The notes: generated by a model not told the origin, from the letters alone. DNA of 64,000 nt from an uncultured Alphaproteobacteria bacterium (GCA_963832515.1 CAWHUE010000014.1:18517-82516); one strand, 5' to 3'. Counted from the stretch's first letter, positions 31,298 through 42,661 are shown. Numbers and translations are program-made.

Positions 31298-32650
31298 TTG
31301 ACCCAGCTTCCGTACAGCGCCGGGCACGCGCCTGCCCGCTTTGGCCCAGCGTCGAGCGACACCCTGCTCGAACGCCTGAAGATGCTGCACCCGCAGTCGA
31401 TCGACCTGTCGCTCGGGAGGATCGAGCGGCTGCTTGCCGCGCTCGGTCATCCCGAGCGGAAGCTCCCGCCCGTGGTGCATGTCGCGGGCACCAACGGCAA
31501 AGGGTCGTTCCAGGCTTTCCTGCGCGCCATCGCCGAAGGGCTTGGCAAGGGCGTGCATGTCTATACCTCGCCGCATCTCGTCAATTTCCACGAGCGCATC
31601 GTGCTGGCCGGACCTTCCGGCTCGGGCCCGATCAGCGAGGAGGTGCTGGTCGATTGCCTCGCCCGCGCCGAGGCCGCGAATGGCGGGGAGCTGATCACGC
31701 TGTTCGAGATCACCACCGCCGCGGCGTTCCTCGCCTTCGCGGAGACGCCGGCCGACCTCTTGCTGCTCGAGACGGGCTTGGGCGGCAGGCTCGACGCGAC
31801 CAATGTCGTGGCGAAGCCGCTGCTGACCGCGATCACGCCGGTCTCGATCGACCACGTCTCCTTCCTTGGCGAGACGCTGACGGAGATCGCCGGCGAGAAG
31901 GCCGGCATCATCAAGCAAGGCGTGCCTTGCGTCGTCGGCCGGCAGGAGCGCGAGGCGTTCGCCGTGATCGAGCGGAAGGCGGATGAGCTCGGCGCGCCGC
32001 TTTACGTGGCCGGGCGCGACTTCGATTCCTTCGAGCAGCATGGACGGCTGATCTTCCAGACGGCCGAGCTTCTGCTTGACCTGCCGCTGCCCCGCCTCAA
32101 CGGCCGCCACCAGATCGACAATGCCGGCAACGCCATCGCCGCAGCCAGCCTCGTCTTCGGCGAAGCGCTCACCACGCGCGCGATCGAGCACGGGCTCACG
32201 CATGCGCAATGGCCGGCGCGCATGGAGCGGCTGCCCACGGGTGGCCTCCATGCCTATGTGGACGCAGGCACCGAGATCTGGCTCGACGGCGGGCACAATG
32301 CTGCCGGCGGCCAGGTCATCGCGCACACCCTTGCTGAGCTCGACGAGCGTCTGCCGCGGCCGGTGCATCTCATCTGGGGCATGATGGAGACGAAGGACGC
32401 GCATGCCTTCATCGCGCCCTTCAAGGGGCTCGTCGAATGCATCTACACGGTGCCGATCCCCGAGGAGCCGAACGCCTTCGACGCATCGGCGCTCGCCGAG
32501 ATCGCCAAAGCCGAAGGATTTGAGGTGGTGCCTTGCGAGAGCGTGCCCGATGCGCTGACGCGCTCGCACGAGGCTGTGCGGAGACCGGCGCGCGTTCTGA
32601 TCTGCGGATCGCTCTACCTTGCCGGCCATGTGCTAAGACTTCACGGGTAA
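31298..32650 (+). CDS. folC: Folylpolyglutamate/dihydrofolate synthase
   Basis: VAGTNGKGS, YTSPHL, ETGLGGRLDATN, LDGGHN, GSLYL. Confidence 0.96.
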   Translation: MTQLPYSAGHAPARFGPASSDTLLERLKMLHPQSIDLSLGRIERLLAALGHPERKLPPVVHVAGTNGKGSFQAFLRAIAEGLGKGVHVYTSPHLVNFHERIVLAGPSGSGPISEEVLVDCLARAEAANGGELITLFEITTAAAFLAFAETPADLLLLETGLGGRLDATNVVAKPLLTAITPVSIDHVSFLGETLTEIAGEKAGIIKQGVPCVVGRQEREAFAVIERKADELGAPLYVAGRDFDSFEQHGRLIFQTAELLLDLPLPRLNGRHQIDNAGNAIAAASLVFGEALTTRAIEHGLTHAQWPARMERLPTGGLHAYVDAGTEIWLDGGHNAAGGQVIAHTLAELDERLPRPVHLIWGMMETKDAHAFIAPFKGLVECIYTVPIPEEPNAFDASALAEIAKAEGFEVVPCESVPDALTRSHEAVRRPARVLICGSLYLAGHVLRLHG

Positions 32651-32668
32651 GACCGCGAAGGAGGGCGC

Positions 32669-33054
32669 ATGCGACGAACAGGTCTTGGCTTGGCTCTAAC
32701 TGCGGCTTTCGCTCTCGTGCTGCTTGGGCTGCAAGAGGCCGAAGCGGATCCGCTGCCGACGATCATCGGGACTTGCACCAAAACCACGATCGAAGAGATC
32801 GGCACGCGGCTCGGCACGCCGGACAGCGGCAGTGTGGTCACCTTCATCAATGGCGGCGTGCAGATCTCCTACGATCCCGATTCCCGCGATCATCAATTCG
32901 CAGGTCGGCGATCCGGTGCATGTCTGCCTGGCATTTATTCCGCAGAACTGCCCGCCGGGCGACGATCGCGGCAAGATCTATCGCACCACCAATCTCCGCA
33001 CCGGCGAGAACTGGGAACTGCCCGAACTCGCAGCACTCCTGCGGCGGCGCCTAG
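32669..33054 (+). CDS. Small secreted hypothetical protein (indels)
   Basis: GGAGG RBS, signal peptide; after frame correction ...VCLAFIPQNCPPGDDRGKIYRTTNLRTGENWELPNSQHSCGGA*. Confidence 0.7.
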
Positions 33055-33151
33055 CCTTCAGCACGAGTTCACTTGGCCGGGGCAAGAAATCCTCGATTAC
33101 CCTTACCTTGCCGATCTCGCCGTGCGTGTATCGCCTTGTTTCCCGGCTCAT
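33055..33151 (-). pseudogene. N-terminal fragment of a CopG/BrnA-like antitoxin
   Basis: MSRETRRYTHGEIGKVRVIEDFLPRPSELVLK with an RBS. The resemblance to YTxxxxGxxxVIxDFLPxPxxL antitoxin N-termini is from memory; the RHH part is missing. Confidence 0.5.
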
Positions 33152-33163
33152 AGCCCTCTTCCT

Positions 33164-33267
33164 GTCATGGCCGGGCTTGTTCCGGCCATCCACGACTTAT
33201 TTGTGGCAAGGCTGATTTGTGGCGAAGGCAGAAAATAGTGGATGCCCGGCACAAGGCTGGGCATGAC
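33164..33267. repeat. GTCATGGCCGGGCTTG-type REP-like palindromic doublet
   Basis: GTCATGGCCGGGCTTGTTCCGGCCATCCAC...GTGGATGCCCGGCACAAGGCTGGGCATGAC. Confidence 0.82.
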
Positions 33268-33315
33268 GAGGTTGATTTCTAGTCACGCCAAAAGCTGGAA
33301 TCAGGGCTGGAAAAC

Positions 33316-33335
33316 GTATAAAGAGTTCTTTATAT
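33316..33335. promoter_or_regulatory. SahR/SamR-type operator upstream of ahcY
   Basis: Perfect palindrome TATAAAGA-GT-TCTTTATA about 40 nt before ahcY. It matches the ATAAAG-N4-CTTTAT pattern recalled for alphaproteobacterial SahR sites. Confidence 0.7.
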
Positions 33336-33372
33336 CCTTATCAATTTCAAGGACCGAACTGGAGCGGAGCGT

Positions 33373-34764
33373 ATGAATTACCACGTCAAGGACATCGGGC
33401 TCGCCGATTGGGGCCGCAAAGAAATCGCCATCGCCGAGACCGAGATGCCGGGTCTCATGGCGGTGCGCGAGGAATACGCGGCCAGACAGCCGCTCAAAGG
33501 CGCGCGCATCGCGGGCTCGCTGCACATGACCATCCAGACCGCGGTGCTGATCGAAACTCTGAAGGCGCTCGGCGCCGACATACGCTGGGCCTCGTGCAAC
33601 ATCTATTCGACGCAGGACCACGCCGCAGCGGCCATCGCCGCGGTCGGCATCCCGGTGTTCGCCTATAAGGGCGAGAGCCTCGAGGACTATTGGGACTACA
33701 CCCACCGCATCTTCGAATGGGCCGTAGGCGGCACGCCCAACATGATCCTCGACGACGGCGGAGACGCGACGCTGCTCGTGCATCTCGGCGTGCGCGCCGA
33801 GAAGGGCGACACCGCCTTCCTCGACAAGGCGACCAACGAGGAAGAAGAAGTGCTGTTCGCGGCCATCAAGAAGACGCTGAAGGCGAAGCCCGGCTGGTAT
33901 TCCGAGATCGCCAAGAATATCCGCGGCGTGACGGAAGAGACCACGACCGGCGTGCATCGCCTCTACGAGATGCAGAAGAAAGGCACGCTCCTGTTCCCCG
34001 CGATCAACGTCAACGATAGCGTGACGAAGTCGAAATTCGACAATCTCTATGGCTGCCGCGAAAGCCTGGTCGACGGCATCCGCCGCGGCACCGACGTGAT
34101 GATGGCGGGCAAGGTGGCAATGGTCGCGGGCTTCGGCGATGTCGGCAAAGGCTCGGCGGCTTCGCTCCGCAATGCCGGCTGCCGCGTGCTGGTGGCAGAG
34201 ATCGATCCGATCTGCGCGCTACAGGCATCGATGGAGGGCTACGAGGTCACGACCATGGAGGATGCAGCGCCGCGCGCCGACATCTTCGTCACCGCCACCG
34301 GCAATCTGGACGTGATCACCGTGGACCATATGCGCGCCATGAAGGACCGCGCCATCGTCTGCAATATCGGCCATTTCGACTCGGAGATTCAGGTCGCGGG
34401 CTTGCGCAATTTCAAATGGCACAACGTCAAGCCGCAGGTGGACGAGATCGAGTTCCCCGACGGGCATCGCATCATCCTGCTGTCCGAGGGGCGGCTCGTA
34501 AATCTCGGCAACGCCATGGGCCATCCGAGCTTCGTGATGAGCGCGTCCTTCACCAACCAGACGCTCGCGCAGATGGAGCTTTGGAACAATCCGTCGGCCT
34601 ACAAGAAAGAGGTCTACACGCTGCCGAAGCAGCTCGACGAGAAGGTGGCGCGCCTGCATCTCGGCAAGGTCGGCGCCAAGCTCACCGAGCTTCAGCCCTA
34701 TCAGGCGGACTATATCGGCGTGCCCTTAGAGGGCCCCTACAAGCCCGACACCTATCGCTACTAG
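33373..34764 (+). CDS. ahcY: Adenosylhomocysteinase
   Basis: [43 protein letters not shown]. Confidence 0.98.
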   Translation: MNYHVKDIGLADWGRKEIAIAETEMPGLMAVREEYAARQPLKGARIAGSLHMTIQTAVLIETLKALGADIRWASCNIYSTQDHAAAAIAAVGIPVFAYKGESLEDYWDYTHRIFEWAVGGTPNMILDDGGDATLLVHLGVRAEKGDTAFLDKATNEEEEVLFAAIKKTLKAKPGWYSEIAKNIRGVTEETTTGVHRLYEMQKKGTLLFPAINVNDSVTKSKFDNLYGCRESLVDGIRRGTDVMMAGKVAMVAGFGDVGKGSAASLRNAGCRVLVAEIDPICALQASMEGYEVTTMEDAAPRADIFVTATGNLDVITVDHMRAMKDRAIVCNIGHFDSEIQVAGLRNFKWHNVKPQVDEIEFPDGHRIILLSEGRLVNLGNAMGHPSFVMSASFTNQTLAQMELWNNPSAYKKEVYTLPKQLDEKVARLHLGKVGAKLTELQPYQADYIGVPLEGPYKPDTYRY

Positions 34765-34842
34765 CGTCATTCCAGCGCAAGCCGAATCCATGGCAAGCGC
34801 AGTGCGAATTGACGCTGGATCCCGGCTTTCGCCGGGATGACG
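34765..34842. repeat. CGTC-tagged REP-like palindromic doublet
   Basis: CGTCATTCCAGCGCAAGCCGAATCCA...CTGGATCCCGGCTTTCGCCGGGATGACG, starting at the base after the ahcY stop. Confidence 0.82.
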
Positions 34843-35041
34843 CACATTGCCGCGATAATCGAAGCGCGATTAACCAATGCGCTCGGCTCTGTTGGCAAGC
34901 TGTGGGCAAGAGTTCCGCGAAGCAGTTAATCTTGCTGCTGATTCGCCTCGAGGCTCGCAAAGGGTCGATCCGGCCCGCGTCAGGTCTGTGGCAGCGTTAA
35001 GCGAGGCGAGGCCATGGGCAGCGGCGTGGAGCGAGGGGACC

Positions 35042-37270
35042 ATGCGGACCAGCGGGGGGAAGGCTGCACCTTCATCAAGGTGGCCCAAAGTGCCGTTCCG
35101 CGTCTTCGCACTTGCCCTGCTTTGCCTTTTTCCCGTTGAGGCGCTTGGCGCCGACGGTTCCTTGTTCGAAGCGCGCACGCTGCTCGCGCTCGGCATCAAT
35201 CTCGGCATCATCGCCTTCGCCGTGGGCACGGCCATCGCCTGCCTGCGCGCTACGGAACGCGCGCGTAAGGCCGAGGCCCGCGCAGCCGAAGAGGCCGATC
35301 GCTACCGCCTGACCGAATCGACGCTCGACACGGTGCTTGCGGCCGAGCCGCAGGCGCTGCTGGTGCTCGGCGAAAGCGGCGAGCCGGAAATGCTGGTTGC
35401 CAATCTCCCCTCAAGCTTCGGCGTGCCGCGCGAGGCGCTCCGGCTCCTGCATGCCGAGCTTTGGCTCGATCCACGCTCGGCGGCCGAATTCGACGCCGCA
35501 ATGCAGGCGCTCGCCGAGCATGGCGACGCCTTCAACCTGATGCTCCGCACCAAGCGCGAAAAATATGTCGAGGTGGACGGCCGCGCCGCGGCGCGCACCA
35601 TCGTGCTGAAAGTGCGCGATCTCGCCGGCCAACGCCTCGAGCTTGCCGATCTCGCCGCGCAGCACAAGCAGCTCGGAGAGCAGGTCATGGGCTTGCGCCG
35701 CCTGCTCGATGAGGCGAAAGCCGGCGATGCTCTACGCGAGTCGAAGCAGGCGGTTCCGCGCTTCAGGAGCTTCGACAAGCTCGCCACGTCGTTCGCCGTA
35801 TTCGATACGGGCCAGCGGCTCGCCCATTTCAACCAGGCCTATGTCGATCTCTGGCAGCTCGATCCCGCATGGCTTGCGACCCATCCGCGCGACGGCGAGA
35901 TTCTCGACCGGTTGCGCCAGGCGCGACGTCTGCCCGAGAAGGCCGATTACCGCGACTGGAAGAAGACTTGGCTCTCGGCCTACGGCTCCAACACGCAGGT
36001 CGAGGATCAGTGGCACCTTCCGGACGGGCGCACGCTGCATGTGATCGCCGACAGCGACGGCGAGGGTGGCGTCACCTATCTCTACGAGAACGTCACCGAG
36101 CGCATCGCGCTCGAAAGCCGCCACAACGCGCTGATGCAGGTGCAGCGCGAAACGCTCGACACCTTGCGCGAGGCCGTGGCGGTGTTCGCGCCGAGCGGCC
36201 GGCTCAGGCTCTACAACCAGGCGTTCGCGCGCATCTGGGAGCTGAACCCGCATCAGCTCGACCGCGAGCCGCATATCGAAGACGTGATCTCCTGGTGTCG
36301 CACATTGTATGACGAGCCGGAGGAGTGGGAACGCACCAAGGCGGCGGTCACCGCCATCGTCGCCGGGCGCCATCCATACGAGAGCCAGATCGACCGGCCT
36401 GACGGCCTCGTGCTCGCTTGCGCCGCGCTGCCGCTGCCCGATGGCGGCACGCTGCTCACCTACAGCGACATATCCGACTCCAAGCGCGCCGAGCGCGCGC
36501 TGATCGAGCGCGCCGAGGCGCTCGAAGCGGCCGACCGGCTCAAGACGGCGTTCATCTCGCGCGTGTCCTACGAGCTGCGCACTCCACTCACCAACATCAT
36601 CGGCTTCAGCGAGCTTCTGGCGAGCCCGATCGTCGGCACGCTCAACGACAGGCAGCGCGATTATCTCGGCGACATCAGGCTCTCGGGCCGCACGCTGCTC
36701 GCCATCATCGACGACATTCTCGACCTCGCCACGATCGACGCGGGCGCGCTCGAGCTGAAGCTCTCGCCGGTCAAAGTGCGCGACGTGATCGACCAGGCCG
36801 TGCAGGGCTTGGAGGAGCGGCTCAAGCAGAATGAGGTTGCGCTCGACTTCGACATCGAGCCCGGGGTCGACACGGTCATCGCCGACGAGCGGCGCGTGAC
36901 CCAGATCCTCTATAACCTGCTGTCCAATGCCATCGGCTTTTCCGAGCCTGGCGGCAGGATCAAGCTTGCTTGCACGCGCGACAGTTCCATGCTCGCCTTC
37001 ACCGTCGAGGACCAAGGCGTGGGCATTCCCGAGGAGTACCAGCAGGTCGTGTTCGACCGTTTCGAAAGCCGCACCCAGGGCTCGCGCCATAGAGGCGCGG
37101 GGCTCGGGCTTTCCATCGCCAAGAGCCTCACCGAGCTGCATGGCGGCACGGTCACGCTCGCCTCCAAACCGGGCAAAGGCACGCGCGTCACGGTGTATCT
37201 GCCGCTCACCCAGCAGCAGGATTCGGGTGGCCTCGATGCTGCGGGCTATAGGACAAGCCGCGCCGGATGA
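35042..37270 (+). CDS. divL: PAS-domain pseudo-histidine kinase DivL
   Basis: H-box reads VSYELRTPL (Tyr for His); several PAS-like repeats and a HATPase domain; ahcY-divL-tsaE-addBA synteny. Start uncertain. Confidence 0.85.
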   Translation: MRTSGGKAAPSSRWPKVPFRVFALALLCLFPVEALGADGSLFEARTLLALGINLGIIAFAVGTAIACLRATERARKAEARAAEEADRYRLTESTLDTVLAAEPQALLVLGESGEPEMLVANLPSSFGVPREALRLLHAELWLDPRSAAEFDAAMQALAEHGDAFNLMLRTKREKYVEVDGRAAARTIVLKVRDLAGQRLELADLAAQHKQLGEQVMGLRRLLDEAKAGDALRESKQAVPRFRSFDKLATSFAVFDTGQRLAHFNQAYVDLWQLDPAWLATHPRDGEILDRLRQARRLPEKADYRDWKKTWLSAYGSNTQVEDQWHLPDGRTLHVIADSDGEGGVTYLYENVTERIALESRHNALMQVQRETLDTLREAVAVFAPSGRLRLYNQAFARIWELNPHQLDREPHIEDVISWCRTLYDEPEEWERTKAAVTAIVAGRHPYESQIDRPDGLVLACAALPLPDGGTLLTYSDISDSKRAERALIERAEALEAADRLKTAFISRVSYELRTPLTNIIGFSELLASPIVGTLNDRQRDYLGDIRLSGRTLLAIIDDILDLATIDAGALELKLSPVKVRDVIDQAVQGLEERLKQNEVALDFDIEPGVDTVIADERRVTQILYNLLSNAIGFSEPGGRIKLACTRDSSMLAFTVEDQGVGIPEEYQQVVFDRFESRTQGSRHRGAGLGLSIAKSLTELHGGTVTLASKPGKGTRVTVYLPLTQQQDSGGLDAAGYRTSRAG

Positions 37271-38796
37271 GCGCGACTTGGAGCCTTGAGGACGTCGATC
37301 TCGTCAGACTCGACCTTCTCGCAAGCCGCCTCGCTCCGATCCTCAACGCAAGCGACGTGATCGCGCTGAGCGGACCTCTCGGCGCCGGCAAGACGACGTT
37401 CGCCCGCGCACTCGTATCGCGTCTTGGCGGCGGTGAGGACGAGGTGCCGAGCCCGACCTTCGCTTTGATGCAGCGTTACGAGGCGGACCGGCTCGTGCTG
37501 ACCCATTGCGACTTCTATCGGCTGGAGCCAGGCGAGCTTGACGAGCTCGGGCTTGACGATGCGCTTGCCGAGGGTGCGGTGCTGGTCGAGTGGCCGGAGC
37601 GCGCTGAAGCGTGGCTCCCGGCGGACCGGCTCGACATTGCGATCGACGAGACGGCCGAGCCTCACCTCCGCCGCCTCGTCCTCACGGGTCACGGGAGCTG
37701 GGTCGCGCGCCTCGAACGGCTCGCGGCGCTTACCGCCTTTCTCGACAGAACACCCTATGCGGACGCGCCCACCCGCTATCTCCAGGGCGACGCCTCGACG
37801 CGGAGCTATGCGCGGCTCGTGCTCCCCGGTCGCAACGCGATCCTGATGAATTCCCCGCGCCAGCCCGACGGGCCGCCGATCCACGACGGCAAGCCCTATT
37901 CGGCGCTCGTGCATCTCGCCGAGGACGTGAAGCCGTTCGTTGCGGTCGCGGCTGCGCTCAGGGAGCGTGGCCTCTCCGCGCCCGCCATCTACGCCTTCGA
38001 CCTCGAGCGCGGCTTCGTCGTCCTGGAAGACCTCGGCGACGGAGTGTTCGGGGCCGAGGTGACGAAGGGGCGTCCGCTGACCGAGCTTTGGGCTCCCGCC
38101 GTCGACGTCCTGCTGGCGCTCGCCGAAGCGCCGCCTCCCGCGTTTCTGCCGGTCGAGGGCCACGCGCCCTATCGCTTGCAGGCCTACGACGCCGAGGCCA
38201 TGCTGGTCGAAACCTCGCTTCTGATCGATTGGCTTTGGCCCGCGCTGCATGGCGAGCCTGCGCCGGAAGCCTTGCGGGAGGAGTATTTCGCGCTCTGGCG
38301 TCCGCTCCTGGAAAGCGTTGCAAAACAAGACCTTGGCTGGGTCTTGCGCGACTATCACTCGCCAAATTTGATCTGGCTGCCGGACCGGGAGGGGGTGAAA
38401 CGGGTTGGTCTTCTGGACTTCCAGGACGCGCTTCGCGGGCCGCTCGCTTACGACCTCGTCTCGCTGTTGCAGGACGCGCGGCTCGACGTGCCGGAAGCGC
38501 TTGAAGCGGAGCTTCTTGCTCGCTACTGTGCCGGCCGGGGTGCGCAAAGCCAGCATTTTTCGAGCGATCAGTTTCGTACGCTCTACGCGACGCTCGGCGC
38601 TCAACGCAACTCTAAGATCCTCGGTATCTTTGCGCGACTGGCGAAACGTGACGGCAAGCGCGGCTATCTCGCCCACATCCCGCGGGTTGCGCGCTATCTC
38701 GAGCGCGACCTTGCCCGTCCGGCGCTCGCGGAGCTGCGCCGCTTCTATGCACGAGAGCTGCCGCAGGCGGCAGACCTCCCGCCGATCGCGCTGTGA
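37267..38796 (+). CDS. tsaE: TsaE ATPase fused to AmgK-like phosphotransferase
   Basis: LSGPLGAGKTT, VPSPTF, LVEWPER, then GDASTRSYARL, RDYHSPNL, LDFQDA. Confidence 0.92.
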   Translation: MSATWSLEDVDLVRLDLLASRLAPILNASDVIALSGPLGAGKTTFARALVSRLGGGEDEVPSPTFALMQRYEADRLVLTHCDFYRLEPGELDELGLDDALAEGAVLVEWPERAEAWLPADRLDIAIDETAEPHLRRLVLTGHGSWVARLERLAALTAFLDRTPYADAPTRYLQGDASTRSYARLVLPGRNAILMNSPRQPDGPPIHDGKPYSALVHLAEDVKPFVAVAAALRERGLSAPAIYAFDLERGFVVLEDLGDGVFGAEVTKGRPLTELWAPAVDVLLALAEAPPPAFLPVEGHAPYRLQAYDAEAMLVETSLLIDWLWPALHGEPAPEALREEYFALWRPLLESVAKQDLGWVLRDYHSPNLIWLPDREGVKRVGLLDFQDALRGPLAYDLVSLLQDARLDVPEALEAELLARYCAGRGAQSQHFSSDQFRTLYATLGAQRNSKILGIFARLAKRDGKRGYLAHIPRVARYLERDLARPALAELRRFYARELPQAADLPPIAL

Positions 38797-39533
38797 GCGG
38801 AATGACGCCCATGACTAAGGCAGCGACGGCGATGGTTCTGGCGGCGGGCCAAGGCGAGCGCATGCGCCCGCTCACTTTGACTACGCCGAAACCGCTCATT
38901 CCGCTCGCCGGGCGTCCGCTGATCGATCACGTGCTCGACAGGCTCGCGCAGGCCGGCGTCGAGACGGCCGTGGTCAATGTGCATTACCTCGCCGACAAGC
39001 TCGAGGCGCATGTCAAGAACCGCGACGGAAAGCGCCCGCGCATCCTCGTCTCCGACGAGCGCGGCGTGTTGCTCGATACGGGCGGCGGCGTCACCAAGGC
39101 GCTGCCGATGCTCGGCGCGGGTCCGTTCTTTATTCACAACGCCGATTCGGTCTGGAGCGAATCCGCGCCCGCGCTGCCGCGCATGCTGCGCGCCTGGGAC
39201 CCGGAAAAGATGGACTGCCTCTTGCTGCTCGCGCCGACCGAAACGAGCATCGGCTATAATTTTGACGGGGACTTTTCCGTGGGCGAGGATGGGCGGCTCG
39301 TCCGCAAGGAAAAGGGCGAAATCGTGCCGTTTGCCTTCGCCGGCGCATCGCTGTGCGACACGCGGCTGTTCGAGAACGCGCCGCAAGGGAAGTTCTCGCT
39401 CAACATCCTGTGGGACCGGGCGCTCATCAAAGGCAGGCTTTACGGCATCGAGCTCGACGGGCGCTGGATGCATGTCGGCACGCCGGCGGCTCTTGCCGAA
39501 GCCGAGACCTTGTTCGAGCGCGAAGGTGCCTGA
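38793..39533 (+). CDS. murU: MurU-like nucleotidyltransferase
   Basis: AMVLAAGQGERMRPLT..PKPL, LLDTGGG, WMHVGTP; follows the amgK domain. Confidence 0.85.
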   Translation: MSGMTPMTKAATAMVLAAGQGERMRPLTLTTPKPLIPLAGRPLIDHVLDRLAQAGVETAVVNVHYLADKLEAHVKNRDGKRPRILVSDERGVLLDTGGGVTKALPMLGAGPFFIHNADSVWSESAPALPRMLRAWDPEKMDCLLLLAPTETSIGYNFDGDFSVGEDGRLVRKEKGEIVPFAFAGASLCDTRLFENAPQGKFSLNILWDRALIKGRLYGIELDGRWMHVGTPAALAEAETLFEREGA

Positions 39534-42500
39534 GCGCGCCAAGGCGCCTCCGAGGCTCTACACCATCCCGCCTTCGGCGCCGTTCCTCTCGACCCTCGCG
39601 CGAGCCGTGCTTTCCGGCGACCTGCCGCTTCCCGGCGGCGCGCGGCCCGATCCGCTCGCCCTGCCGCTCACGACGATCTATCTGCCGACGCGGCGTGCCG
39701 CGAGGGCTTTGCGCGCGGCGTTCCTCGCGGAAGCCGGGAGCGACGCTCTGCTGCTTCCGCGCATTAGGGCGCTGGGCGACGCGGACGAGGAGGCCGCCAT
39801 CATCCTCGGCGCGGGCGACGCGGCGGGAGACGACGGCGAGGCGGGCGCGCCCGCCATCTCGCCGCTTGCACGGCGTCTCGCGCTGATGCACCTCGTGATG
39901 GCCTATCGTCATCGATCCGCGCCAGAGGCGTCCGCTCGCGACCTCGACGCGGTCCGCTGGGAGGTCACCGCCGGCCAGGCTTCCGGTCTCGCGGCGGACC
40001 TCGCGCGGCTGATGGATGCCGTAGAAACGGAGGGGGTCGATCTTTCCGCGCTCCATGCCATCGTGCCGGACGATCTCGCCGCGCATTGGGAAAGCACGGT
40101 CGAGTTCCTCAAGATCGTCACCGAGCACTGGCCGCGCTACCTCGCCGACAATGGCCTCGTCTCGCCGGTCGAGCGCCGCAACGCGCTGATGGCGCGTGAA
40201 GCCGAGCGGCTTACCGCCGAGCGGCTGGCAGAAGGCTCGCCGCACCCGGTGATCGCGGCCGGGTCGACCGGCACGGTTCCTGCCACGGCAAGGCTGCTCG
40301 AGGTCATCGCCTCGCTGCCGAACGGCGCCGTCGTGCTGCCGGGCCTCGACATCGCGCTCGACGAGGAGAGCTGGGCGAGCCTTGCCGATCATCCTGAGCA
40401 TCCGCAGGCCGGCATGGCCGAACTCCTGCGCAAGCTGGACGCGACCCGCGCGGATGTCGCCTATGTGCCGGGCAGCGCGCCCGGGTCTGCTGCGAGCGCG
40501 CGCCTCAAGCTCGTGAGCGAGGCGCTGCGTCCCGCAGAGACCACCGAGCGCTGGCAGGAGCTGATCGAGACCGCGCGTGCCGGCGATTGCAAGGCGGATC
40601 TCGCAGTGGCGCTTGCCGGCATCAATCTGGTCGTCGCGTCGACTGCCCACGACGAGGCTGAAGTCATCGCGCTGATCCTACGCTCCTGCATCGAGGAGCC
40701 CGGCAAGACCGCGGCCCTCGTGACGCCTGACCGCGTGCTGGCGCGGCGGGTCGCGGCGCGGCTGGAGAGCTACGGCCTCGATATCGACAACTCGGCGGGC
40801 GTCCCCATCTCGCGCACCCTACCAGGCGCGTTCCTCGAATTGATTCTCGACGCGGTCTCGGACAATTTCGCGCCGCCCGCGCTCATGGCGCTGCTGAAGC
40901 ACCCGCTCACCCGGCTCGGGCGCCGTCCGTGGCAGATCAGGACTGCGGCGCGCGCGCTTGAACGCGGCGCTTTCCGCGACGTCTATGTCGGCGAGGGCCT
41001 GGCCGGTGCGCGGGCCGCCATCACGGCGCCGCCCATCGAGCCGTCGCGCCGGCGCAGCCTCAAGCCCTATGAGCGCGATGCTGCGCTTGCGCTGATCGCC
41101 GACCTTGAAGCTGCGTTCGCGCCGCTCGTCTCGCTCTCTGCCGATGGCGACGCAGCGCGGAGCGCCGCGGAGCTTGCCGAATCTCATGCCGCGGTTGCCG
41201 AGGCTCTGGCGCGCGATGAGAGCGGGGCCTCGTCGCATCTGTGGGCTGGCGATGCGGGCGAAGCCTTGACGGTCCTGCTCGCCGAGCTGATCGCGGCGGG
41301 ATCGAGCTTGCACATCGCCGCCTCGGACTATCCTTCCTTCTATCGCAGCCTGGTCGCGCACCAGGCCGTGCGGCCGCGCGCATCGGCCCATCCGCGCCTC
41401 TTCATCTGGGGACCGCTTGAAGCGCGCCTGCAGCAGCCCGACCTCGTCATCCTCGGCAGCCTGAACGAAGGCGTATGGCCGAGGCCGCAGGAGACCGGTC
41501 CCTGGCTCAGCCGTCCCTTGCGCGCGAAGCTCGGGCTTTCTCAGCCTGAACGGCGCACCGGGCTTGCCGCGCACGATTTCGCGCAGAGACCTCGGCGCAA
41601 GCACCATCTATCTCACCCGCGCGGAAAAGGTGGACGGCGTCCCGACCGTACCTTCGCGCTGGCTGCAGCGACTGAGCGCGCTCGCCAGCGCCACGGGCCT
41701 GGAGGAGGGGCTTCGGCCTGCGCTTCCTTTCGTTGCCTGGGCGCGCGAGCGCGACAACGTGCCCGAGTTCACCCCTGCCGGGCCACCCAGCCCTCGCCCG
41801 CCCGCCGATGCCAGGCCGCGCGGGCTGAGCGTGACCCGCATCGAGAAATGGATCGCCAACCCTTACGAGATCTTCGCCAAGGACATTTTGAAGCTGGAAG
41901 CGCTCAAACCGCTCGGCGCTGAGCCCGATCCGGCCATGCGCGGCAGCACCGTCCACCGCGCGGTGCATGATTTCGCCCGCGATTATCCCGCCACGCTCCC
42001 AGCCGACATCGAAGCCAGACTGATCGTTTACGCCGATAAATATTTCGAGACGCTTGGCGGCTCGCCACGCGTCGAGGCGTTCTGGCGACCGCATTTCCAG
42101 CGCTTCGCCCGCTGGTTCGCCGCCACCGAGCCGGCACGCCGCGCGGGCACCGCCCGCACCTATACCGAGCTGCGCGGCGCTCTCGATCTTGCCGTGGCTT
42201 CAGGCTTCCGCCTGACCGCGCGCGCCGACCGCATCGATTTGAGCGAGGACGGGTCGGTCATCATCTACGACTACAAGACGGGCAGACCGCCGTTGCCCGC
42301 GCATGTCGAAAAGCTCTACGCGCCGCAGCTTCCCCTCGAAGCGGCGATGGCCGAAGGCGGCGGCTTCGCCGATTTCGGCCCGCGCACGGTGCGTGCCCTG
42401 CGTTACATCCATGCCTCAGGACGACGCGACGGCGGGGAGGCGAGCGAAGCAGCGAATAACGCAACGCCGGAGGCTCTGGCCAGCAAGGCGCTCGCGGACT

Positions 42501-42661
42501 TGAAGCGTCTGGTCGAGCGCTACGCCGATCCCGAAATGCCCTACGAGGTGAAGCGACGCAAAGGGGCGGCCTTCACCAGCGTCTATCGCTACGACGAATA
42601 CGAGCACCTCGCCCGCGTCCAGGAATGGCTCACGCTCGAAGCCGAGGAGGACTGGCGGTGA
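39526..42661 (+). CDS. addB: Double-strand break repair protein AddB (frameshift near 41588)
   Basis: YTIPPSAPFL, LPTRRAAR, IAAGSTG, WGPLEARL, then ARADRID and DYKTG nuclease motifs. Confidence 0.93.

Noticed and set aside
33270-33372. SAH or SAM riboswitch upstream of ahcY
   Set aside because: No recognisable aptamer; the palindrome fits a protein operator better.
37267-38796. TsaE-phosphotransferase fusion as a novelty
   Set aside because: A known fusion in Rhizobiales, in its usual context before murU-addB-addA.
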